Part shown: positions 11,401 through 22,616 of the stretch, one piece after another
Numbering within the stretch: position 1 is the first letter of the stretch
How the letters are laid out: each line of letters starts with the position of its first letter
Assembly (NCBI RefSeq): GCF_001194135.2
Contig: NC_068997.1
Location: 2,265,457-2,329,456, forward strand
Length of the DNA: 64,000 nucleotides
Reading direction: 5' to 3'
DNA from: Octopus bimaculoides
Lineage: Eukaryota
Notes under the pieces: generated by a model
Database searches by the model: none
Told to the model about the DNA's origin: nothing
Seen by the model: the letters and a program-made list of their open reading frames with translations, nothing else
Position numbers and translations under genes: made by a program

Positions 11401-12222
11401 ATTACCACAAGCAACAGAGCTCTTCCAATATTTTCACAAGTTTTAACGTTCAAATTGGTATTTGGATGATTGTTGACAGAGAGAACAGACGAAAAAACAA
11501 TAATAATAATAATGATAATAATAATAATAATAAAAATAATAATCATAATAATAGTCGCAGGAGTGGCTGTGTACTAATTAGCTTGCATGCCAACCACATG
11601 GTTCCAGGTTCGGTCCCACTGCATGGCACCTTGAGCAAGTGCCTTCTACTATAGCCTCAGGCTGACCAAAGCCTTGTGAGTGGATTGGTAGAAGGAAACT
11701 GAAAGAAGCCTGTCNNNNNNNNNNNNNNNNNNNNNNNNNNNNNNNNNNNNNNNNNNNNNNNNNNNNNNNNNNNNNNNNNNNNNNNNNNNNNNNNNNNNNN
11801 NNNNNNNNNNNNNNNNNNNNNNNNNNNNNNNNNNNNNNNNNNNNNNNNNNNNNNNNNNNNNNNNNNNNNNNNNNNNNNNNNNNNNNNNNNNNNNNNNNNN
11901 NNNNNNNNNNNNNNNNNNNNNNNNNNNNNNNNNNNNNNNNNNNNNNNNNNNNNNNNNNNNNNNNNNNNNNNNNNNNNNNNNNNNNNNNNNNNNNNNNNNN
12001 NNNNNNNNNNNNNNNNNNNNNNNNNNNNNNNNNNNNNNNNNNNNNNNNNNNNNNNNNNNNNNNNNNNNNNNNNNNNNNNNNNNNNNNNNNNNNNNNNNNN
12101 NNNNNNNNNNNNNNNNNNNNNNNNNNNNNNNNNNNNNNNNNNNNNNNNNNATGGAATTATCCATACAATTTCAAAATAAGGTGATTAAAATCAAAATAAG
12201 CAACAAGGATATCCAAAGTTAA

Positions 12223-12310
12223 TGTAGTACGATCGTTTCATGTGACTCCATTTAATTAAGCAATGTGAACATTACATCAAATATAAAATGTAGAGCAATC
12301 TTCAGCTGCA
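12223..12310 (-). ncRNA. Type I hammerhead ribozyme motif with long stem II and palindromic stem III
   Basis: Minus strand reads TGCAG-CTGAAGA-(59 nt, partly paired, inner hairpin GTAATGT/ACATTGC)-GAA-ACGATCGT-A-CTACA. Stem I pairs 4 of 5. Confidence 0.7.
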
Positions 12311-12719
12311 CAAAGATATAGAAATTTAATGACATTACATTTCAACAGAAGGACATATTTTTATAACTACATTTAAACACTCCAAGTAGGAAGGAAGAAT
12401 ACAAAAAACCATTTTGACTTAGCCAGACCATACAGACTAGTAAATAATTCTAAGCAGATTTTTAACTGTCACTGATTGTATTTGTTTCTGGATCATCTTA
12501 TCAGACCTATTGATTCAAAGCTTAAGAGGGCATTACTTTTAAGGGGTAAACAGTATGGACAGTAAACATGGATGATATAGTTATAACATTTCTTTGGGTT
12601 TGGTGACAAACGACTATAGGTGAGGGGTTTCTATACTAGCAGACCAGTTTATAACGGAGAGGGGGAAGTATTAACATAAGGCACCTAGGTCAAAAGTATA
12701 TAAAATAAAGTTATATACT

Positions 12720-12995
12720 TCCTGGACCAGGCTGGGTGTTGTGCTCTTGAGCAAGACACTTTATTTCATGTTGCTTCAATTCACTCAGCTGCAGAACTGA
12801 GTTGCAACATCACTGGTTCCAATCTGTATTAGCTCTTGCCTTTCCTTTGGACAACATTGGTGGTGTGGAAAGGGGAGGCTGATATGTATGCGTGACTGCT
12901 GGTCTTCTATAAACAACCTTGACCCAATTTGTGCCTTGGAGGGTAACTTTCTAGGAGCAATCCAATGGTCATTCGTGACTGAATGGGGTCTTTAT
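12720..12995 (+). mobile_element. SINE family E, headless copy; homologous copy at 47405-47660
   Basis: CTTGAGCAAGACACTTTATTTC..CACTCAGCTGCAGAA..GACTGCTGGTCTT..GTCATTC(G/A)TGACTGA. Confidence 0.6.
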
Positions 12996-14294
12996 GTTTA
13001 AAAACATGTATATGTGTGTGTACCCTGACCATGCTGGAGCACCATAGACATTGTCTGTTGTTGTCCAACTAAATTACACTTCCTTTCACACCAAAATATT
13101 TATTCATGTTGAGAATATTAAAAGACTCAGATGATATAACAGGGTGGGAGCAGAGTGAGAGCAGGGTGGGTCCAGACACAAATACCAAAGAAATCAAAGA
13201 AACACAATCCACATAATGTTATTAATATTAGTAGAAATTCTATCAAAATGGTAACAAAAGAGGGAAACTATTCTCCTGCCTCTTGTATCAAAGCAGAAAT
13301 ATGTTTGATCGTATGGTGTCGGTGATAAGACAGAATATGACCCTATCATTATAGTAGAGGTCAGCAAACAGTTCCTGCTATTCTGCTATGTGTACAAGTA
13401 CACACAATCTTTCTGTGTGTCTGTCCATCTTTGTGACTCTGTTTCTCTCTCTAATTTCTTATTTTGGTGTCTAGTGGACACAAAAATATTTAAATATACA
13501 TTACCAATTTTATGTGTACAATTCATAAGATATCTATGTATACATACACACATACATAAGTTACACACAAACTTTCAGCTTTCATCTCACATTTCTATAT
13601 CAAGCGATGAAGTAGTTTTTGAATGAGAGGTCAACTAGAATTTCAGCCACAACATCTACAATTATTGTGACAAAGCAGCCTGCCTCGTAGAAGTTTCTAT
13701 TGCTAATTTTCAAAGGGTATAAATCTAACATGGGTGTATGAAGATTGTAGGGAGACCAGATACCAAAATCCCATCTCGGCCTCACACATGGGGCTCAACA
13801 GATCACATCAGTAGGTTCAGCACTATTTTGGTAAAGAGAGTTGCCAAAATAGCATAGAATCAAGCACCAGACTGTATTAGAAACTGCAGTATGGATGTAC
13901 TATAAAGTTAAGTCCTGGACATTTGTCTTGTGGAGCAGTGAAGCTGTGGAGAGTTGTAACTTTGGACAGAGGCCTGTTGCAGATATTGTGATCTGGAGCC
14001 AGCTGAACATGAACCATATATTTATTCTTTTACTTATTTCAGTTAGGACTATTTCTTTTAGAAATCAAGTTCTTATTTCCTCATTTGTTTTACCACTAAC
14101 AACAACAACAATAATTCTTTTTACTATAAGCACAAGGCACAACGACCCCAGTGCTCCACTGGTACTTATTTTATCGACTCCAAAATGATGAAAGGAGAAG
14201 TCGACTCAGCGGTTTTGAACTCAGAATGTAAAGACAGACAAAACGCCATTAAGCATTTTGCCTGGCCTGCTAACAATTCTGCCACCTTATTACC

Positions 14295-14336
<42 letters not shown>

Positions 14337-15242
14337 GATAATAATAATAATAATAAAGAATTTCAAGTTTTGGCACAGGGCCAGCAAATTCTGTGGAGGA
14401 GATAAGCTGATTACATAGACCCCAATGTTCATTTTATCGCCCCCGAAAGGATGAAAGGCAAGGCAAAGTTGACCCTGGTGGAATTTGAGCTCAGAACCTA
14501 AAAGACAGATGAAATACCGCATGTTACAATTCTGCCAGCTCAATAATGATAATAATAATAATAATGGAATCATTGCATACAGTGCTCAGCTACCCTACAA
14601 CCTAAGTTACAGAGCACAAAGGAAAAACAATCAGCACTAGTTGTTAAGCATTGGTTGTAAACATGAACACACATATACATGACAGGCTTTCGTACAATTA
14701 CCATCTACCAAATTCCACTTACAGGATGTAGGTCAACCCAAAGCTATACTAAGAAACATTTGCCCTAGACACCAAGCAGGGAGATTGAATTTGAAACTAT
14801 GAGGTTTAGAGACCAATATCTTAATCACATAACCATTCCTGCACCTATTACACACGCACACAGACGCACATTGCAATGTAAGAGCTGTAAGGTAGGTTGA
14901 TTTCAAATTTTGGCACAAGGCCAGCAATTTCGAGGAAAGGTGTATGTTAATTATGTCAACCTCAGCACTCACCTAGTACTTATTTTATCAGCCCTGAAAG
15001 AATGAAAGGCAAAGCTATCTTTGGTGGAGTTTGAACTCAGAATGTGAAGATGGACAAAATGCTGATAAGCATTTCACCCAACATGCTAACAATTCTGCCA
15101 GCTCACTGCCCCACAGTTGTAAAGTATATTGTTGTATATTTTACACAATACAAACATTATTTCATGTAGAACTCAGTACATTGATTAGGACGTATAGATG
15201 TATTTATGATATGAAAAGTTGGTTGTCCATTCTGATTTTTGC

Positions 15243-15451
15243 TTAATCCTTGAGCATTCAGATTAATTTATCAAATGTAATGCTTATTCATCCACATTTT
15301 TAAAAATTAATCATGTATTATCTTGTAGCTTTGAGATTTCAAAGATGTGATTGTTTGTTTTAAAAATATTATTGTAGGGTAGGTGTGAGAGGTTGGATCT
15401 GATCTCTTTGAACATAAAATAAGTAGAACAATTGGACCAGAAAAGGGTTAA
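15243..15451. mobile_element. piggyBac-like MITE, copy 1
   Basis: TTAA at both ends; TTAATCCTTGAGCATT ... AAAAGGGTTAA; homologous to 15656-15880. Confidence 0.6.
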
Positions 15452-15655
15452 GGCTTAGCTGTTCATATAAAACAGTTGAGATTTTTAATGTAAACAATTT
15501 TTATTATAAATGAGTCAGAGTTCATAATTAACATTTAGAGAAAGAAAAAGAACAGGGCTTCACATTTAAGGTACTTTAAACCATGTAAACGTTACTTACT
15601 GAGAAATAATGTTAGTTAACGAAAGAGCTATCTCTCTGTTACCAGTTCCTACCTG

Positions 15656-15880
15656 TTAATCCTTTAGCACTTGGATTACACTGCTGCATATAATGTTTAT
15701 TTATTCACATTGTTTTGAATTAATGATGCATTATCTCATATCTTCAAGAGGTCAATGATATTGACTGTTTTTAGAATGACATTGTAGGATAGGAGTAAGA
15801 GACTGGATCTGGCTACTTTGAATTTAAAACAGCAAGAATATTTGGGTGTGACATGGTTGGATTCAATGCTAAAAGGTTAA
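15656..15880. mobile_element. piggyBac-like MITE, copy 2
   Basis: TTAA-TCCTTTAGCA ... TGCTAAAAGG-TTAA. Confidence 0.65.
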
Positions 15881-17047
15881 ATGATTATCTGCTATTTAAT
15901 TCACAGATCATTCTCCACAGGTATGTTTCAAAGGTAATTCCTCTGGTCTCTTAGTGCTAACAGGCTAGGTGATGATGTTAATGTAAAATAATGTAGCTAA
16001 TTATGTCATTATCATTTGATATTTATCAATAATAATGAAGTCAAAAGATATAAGCTATATATAAATTAACAGTAAAGTTTATTTAATATTTTATAACGAG
16101 AAAATTGAGACAGATATTGGGCGATGCAGAGGGTGGGAAGTGTCTCCTGAATTGAGCTTATTTTTCTGTCTCTGCTTATAATACACACACATTCACACAC
16201 TGACAATGTACACTCACATGCTATGTGTGTATGTAGAAAGACTCTCCAACACGAATATGCCTCTGCATGAACATGTGCTCATAGAAAGGAAACTGTTACC
16301 ATATGTAAGTATATATGTCTATTGAGAGAGATGAGGATGTACCAACACACACACACACACACATATATAATCCATACAAAGATGTGTAAAGCCAATGCAT
16401 ATACTGCAACAACAACAACTGCACAGGTTGATGATAAAAGGAAGCCAGTAAAAGCAAGGACAACGTTCTGATGAAACGACAACAACAACTATGAAGAGGT
16501 GTTTATATTGATTAAAGTAAACAAACCTGGAGCAGATTGTCATCGCATTATGCAAACTATACGGATGACATGTAAATATAAACATCACTGCAACTGGTTC
16601 TGCAGATTGTATGCACATGTGCATCTCTCTATATACATATGTAGGCGTGTGTGTGTGTTTAGACATGTATTTCTTCAAGAAATACAAATATCGAAGAAAG
16701 GAAAAGTCAGTAATGCTGGCAGAGAGCTTCTTCAAATGCAGTCTCTGAATGCAAGACTTCCACTCCCATGTGGGCTTGTGCACCGACAGCAGACACTGCA
16801 CCGCCATCAACAGCTGACACAAAATTCTCCAGGCACAGATCCATGGTCTTTCGAGACCGACAGACGCCTACCTATCTATATGTATATACGTGTATGTGTG
16901 TGTGTGTGTGTGTGAGAGTATATACATTCATGTGTCTATACTTGCATGTTTGTGCTTGTACATACACACACACACATGTCTGGTGATGTGTGAGCACCTG
17001 GTGCACATCAGCATGAACATATATATGTGTGCGTGCAAATGCAGGTG

Positions 17048-17078
<31 letters not shown>

Positions 17079-18024
17079 ATATATATACATATACATAAAA
17101 ATATATATATATATACACCTGCATTTGCACACACACATATATATTATAGTCTATAAAGCTCAATTTAATTTTAATTTTTTATAAATTGATTTTAATTGAG
17201 ATTTTACCTGTAATTTTGAATTTTGTCCCTAATATTATTATACATATACATATATATATACATATACATATATATACATATACATATACACTTGTGCATA
17301 CATGGGTATATTCATGTGTGGGTGCACACATGCATATGGCAAGTGAACAGGTTGATGACCAATGTACCAGTCGGGTCATGGGATGGTACTGTTGGCTCCT
17401 AAAACGCTTTATTGTACCATTTTATATTGCCTGCTGCTATCTCTATGCTCTCCCTCCCCTCCTTAGACGGTCAAGTAAAACCAGCCATAATTCCCTTACT
17501 GACACCTGTCCAACCTGCAATTATGCTGGTTAGCTAACCTACCAACTTACCTCCTCCACCCCACCCCCCTCTGACATGTGCATCCAGTGTGCATGGATTT
17601 ATTTGCTACTTGTCTCTTGTTTATCAATTGTCTGATATGTTTGCTCCTACAGGTTGCATCTGTAATGTGACGAAATGCATTGCTGAATACTGAAACATAT
17701 GTAACAACTGGAATAAGTGATTACCAAGTTATACCCATGTGTTTTCCTTTCATATCTATATAGGTTTCATCTTTTATCTTTTACTTGTTACAGTCATTAG
17801 ACTGTGGCCACGCTGGGGCACTACCTTGGAGAATTTTAGTCGAATGAATCCACCCCAGTACTAATTTTTTTTTAAGTACTGGTTCTTATTCTATCAGTCC
17901 CTTTTTCCAAACCACTATGTTATAGGGATGTAAGCACACCATCATCGGTTGTCAAGTGATGGTAGGGGACAAGCACAAAGACACACACACATACACAAGC
18001 ACACGGCAAGCTTCTTTCAATTTC

Positions 18025-18255
18025 TTATTTCTTTACTGCCTACAAGGGGCTACACACAGAGGGGACACACAAGGACAGACAAAGGGATTAAGTCGATTAT
18101 ATCGACCCCAGTGTGTAACTGGTACTTATTTAATCGACCCCGAAAGGATGAAAGGCAAAGTCGACCTTGGCGGAATTTGAACTCAGAACGTAGCGGCAGA
18201 CGAAATATCGCTAAGCATTTCGCCCGACGTGCTAACCACTCTGCCAGCTCACGGC
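18025..18255 (-). mobile_element. tRNA-derived SINE family C (tail type 1) nested in a family B SINE
   Basis: A-box TGGCAGAGTGGTTAGC, B-box GAGTTCAAATTCC; 14-bp TSD CTTCTTTCAATTTC at 18011-18024 and 18256-18269. Confidence 0.85.
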
Positions 18256-19736
18256 CTTCTTTCAATTTCTTTCAATTTCTGTCTACTAAATCCACTCACA
18301 AGGCTTTGGTTGGCCCAAGGCTATAGAAGACACTTGCCCAAGGTGTCATTCAGTGGGACTGAACCTGGGACCATGAGGTTGGGAAGCAAGTATGAGAGTA
18401 AAGAAATGGGTTGGAAAATCCATAAGAATTCAAAGGGCCAGAAGGCTATATCTTCCTTCAATGATTCATATTTTAGCATTGTTTCTATGGCTGAATGCCT
18501 TTCCTAATACCAAGCACTTTGCCGAATGTACTGGGGGCATTTTTCATGGCACCAGCACTATAGCATTTACTTTGCCATCAGCACAGCTAAAGAGTCCACT
18601 GTCTACTGTAGTTGTGCACAGGCATTATTGGAATCATTTGCCAACCATTTGCAAAGTGTTAAAAACAAACAAAAAACAAATGTATCACAGGTCGTTCTCA
18701 AGCCATACAAAGGCAGAATTATGTGGTGTATATATTCCCCGCTCCCACCGGACAGGGACAGTTTTTGTAGAACCAGCACTTCCAGTGTCACTTGGTCGTT
18801 TGCAGAATGAAGGAGAGCACCTGTGATGGATGGGACAGACTAACTCTGAGAGGATCTTAATGGAGAAAATAACAGAAGGAGTAGTGTTGGGGTGGGAATA
18901 ATGAAGACAGATGGGGGGAGGGGGTGGAAGAGTAAATGCCAGGGAATTGTGTGAAGAAGAGGGGGGAAGAGACAGGGTGATAAAGGCAATGACTCAGGTT
19001 GAGTAGGTGGGTCCAATGTTGGGTGGGATCAGTCTTTCTGATGTGCCAGCATGGGTAGGTTGGACTGTTATTATTGAAGCTAAACAGGTTTATTGCTGAG
19101 AAAGGGTAGGGGCACTGCTAGTGAAGGGGGGTAACAGGAGAGAAATTGAGCATCAGAGAGTTAGTGAGAGAGAATTAGAGAGAGAGAGAGAGCAAGATTA
19201 AAATTTAAAATACACTCTGGAATTGTCAAAAACAAGCGTTAAAATAAATAAAATAATGATGAATAATACACACATACATGATGAACAGCATGAATAATAA
19301 TTACAATAATATCAAATGTTTTGGTACATAACTTTTGGCCCATGCTGTATATACATACATACACACACACATACACATATAATGCACCAACTGCACACAT
19401 GCACACGGACGAAGGTAGTAACCTGTAAATATACACACCCACTGGTGCAACAATCTCTGTATACACACACAGGCACACATATAGCTTAGCATATTCATAC
19501 CCAATCAGCTACATAAATTCTGTATGCACATTCACACTGATGCACTTGGCTATGCATTTATACATACATCAATGCACCAAGTTCTGTACATACTCAGTGC
19601 ACCAAACACAGTATACATACCAGGTTGAGGAAAAAGTTTGTGTGCTGGGTTAACATAATGATCTTCTATGCAAGAATTTATTCAAAAACAACAACAACTA
19701 TTCTTCAAAACACAGCACGCACATACATATATATGT

Positions 19737-19771
<35 letters not shown>

Positions 19772-20019
19772 CACATATATATACGTAAATATATATGCGT
19801 GAATATACACTAAAATTAGTGCAGCTAGCGCTAAATATGCACATACTACAATCAATGCACCTAACTCACACAACTCTTTCTCTCCCCCCTGTGAGTAATA
19901 TATAGANNNNNNNNNNNNNNNNNNNNNNNNNNNNNNNNNNNNNNNNNNNNNNNNNNNNNNNNNNNNNNNNNNNNNNNNNNNNNNNNNNNNNNNNNNNNNN
20001 NNNNNNNNNNNNNNNNNNN

Positions 20020-20050
<31 letters not shown>

Positions 20051-21102
20051 TGTTTGTATATGTATATATATATATAGATATATATATATATATGTTTGTA
20101 TATGTATATGTATATGTATACACACATACACAGACAATATCTATTGCTTTCTATATACGTACATATACACAAACACCCATGAACTCCCTGCCCCTTCTCT
20201 CAATATGCATGTGTGTGTACATATATATGTAAACATATATATATATATATATATATAAATGTGCATATGTAGAATTCATGCAGAGTGCATCTAATTGCAC
20301 ATAAACACAATTAGATATATCAATAAGCATTGTGCTGCACACATGCATTAGTGCAGCTAGCTCTGAATATAAACATATAGATATGAAAGAGCTCCAAGTG
20401 GTGTGTGTAAACACACACATACACACATATATATGCAATAGTAAATCTCATTCTTAAAATATGCATATACAAACACATACCAGGCACAATTTAAAAGGCA
20501 GCTGCACACATGCAAACGCACACAGATGTGCCACTAGGCAATTTATGTGCAAACATACTGACGTGAAACTAGACATCTGCACACAAAATTGGAAATTTCT
20601 GAAGATAAAAAGAAAATTGTAAGAGTTCACAGCAATGCACCTTGCAGTAAATGTGCAAACAGGTACATAAATGCACACAACGCCACTGCACCTGTGGCTG
20701 CCTCTACTGCACAGACACACACACACAGAAGCAAACATACATATACAGACACATGCACACGCACAAATATATTAACTTGGCTGCACATTTGTGCACTTAG
20801 CTGTGTATATACACACCTTTAAGCACACAGCAATATACACATGCAATTACATGGGCATAGAAATCTACATACATAATAGACCCTAGAAATTATGTGTGCG
20901 TATGTGTGTGTGTGTGTGTGTGCAGGAGAGACCGTCGCAGGTGCAGTGGCACACACACACGTATATATGTATGTATGTATGCATGTATATATGTGTATAT
21001 ACATACAGGTGGAGTGGTATATATATATATGTATATGTGTGCATATATTTTAGATATGTATGTATATGTGTGCATGTATATATATATATGTATGTGCATA
21101 TA

Positions 21103-21185
<83 letters not shown>

Positions 21186-21575
21186 TCCGAGCTCTGAATA
21201 TAAACACATACATGAGTGCTTCAAGTGGTGTGTATAAACGCACATACAAACATATGTGTGAATGTACGTGTGTGTGTATGTTGTGTGTGCGTGCGTGTGT
21301 GTGTGTGTGTGTGTGCATGCTGGGGTCTATTTGTTCAGCTAAACCTTTCAAGGCAGTGCTCCAGCATGGCTGTAGTCCAAGTAAAAGATAAAAGACCTAT
21401 GTATGTGCCGTCATCATTATCCCTTAATAGTCAGTTTCCAGGTTTGCATGCACCCCACCTCCCCACTATACATATATATATATGCCATTGCCTAGAAAGA
21501 AGCGTGACGTGCCTTTGATCCTTCTCACCCATGCTGGTGTCACAAGAAAATAGTAAAGCCTGCACAGAGTCCATC

Positions 21576-21607
<32 letters not shown>

Positions 21608-21921
21608 AACAAAGGGTTCATCTAGAGAGTAGGAACGTAGCTTTCAGTTTAGTCTTGTGAATAGCACAACTATTCTAGCCATCAAACCATCATAAAACAC
21701 TCTCTCAGTAATCTCATTAGTGGGGTTGGTGTGAGGAAGGACATCCAGCCATAGAAGCTGTATCAAAACAGAACACATGAGATGTAGTCTTCCAAGCAAC
21801 ATAGGAAAGTTGCTACTCTGAGTGGGTGTGTCCTACTTCTAGCTAGCAGTAAAAGCAGATCTAAAACGATATTGATGGTGGCTTGCATAGGAATAAGAGT
21901 GAGTTCGTGTGTGTGTGTGTG

Positions 21922-22139
21922 TAGGGTGGCCCAAAAGTAGGTTTACAGTTATTCAACTATCTCTTTCGCATTCATATATTAACAGTTTAGATCTTAATTA
22001 TATTAAAAAAAAAATACGAAACCATTATTCTATGCTAATTTAGATGATTGTAAGATAGAAATTTAAATGTAATAAAATGTTTTAGCGGAAATTTAAAGTG
22101 CCTACGTGATAACTGTAAACCTACTTTTGGGCCACCCTG
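21922..22139. mobile_element. Tc1/mariner-type MITE (218 bp)
   Basis: Perfect 30-bp TIR AGGGTGGCCCAAAAGTAGGTTTACAGTTAT; TA at the right flank; AT-rich non-coding core. Confidence 0.85.
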
Positions 22140-22578
22140 TATATATATACATACATATATATATGTATATATATATATATTCATACATACACACATATAC
22201 ATATNNNNNNNNNNNNNNNNNNNNNNNNNNNNNNNNNNNNNNNNNNNNNNNNNNNNNNNNNNNNNNNNNNNNNNNNNNNNNNNNNNNNNNNNNNNNNNNN
22301 NNNNNNNNNNNNNNNNNNNNNNNNNNNNNNNNNNNNNNNNNNNNNNNNNNNNNNNNNNNNNNNNNNNNNNNNNNNNNNNNTCATCATCATCATCATCATC
22401 GTTTAACGTCCGCTTTCCATGCTAGCATGGGTTGGACGATTTGACTGAGGACTGGTGAACCAGATGGCTACACCAGGCTCCAATCTGATTTGGCAGAGTT
22501 TCTACAGCTGGATGCCCTTCCTAACACCAACCACTCCGAGAGCTTAGTGGGTGCTTTTATGTGCCACCAGCACATACG

Positions 22579-22616
<38 letters not shown>

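Noticed and set aside
20883-21391. Many YI/CV/HT-rich ORFs here and throughout, plus ORFs spanning N-runs
   Set aside because: These are translations of (TA)n/(CA)n microsatellites and assembly gaps.
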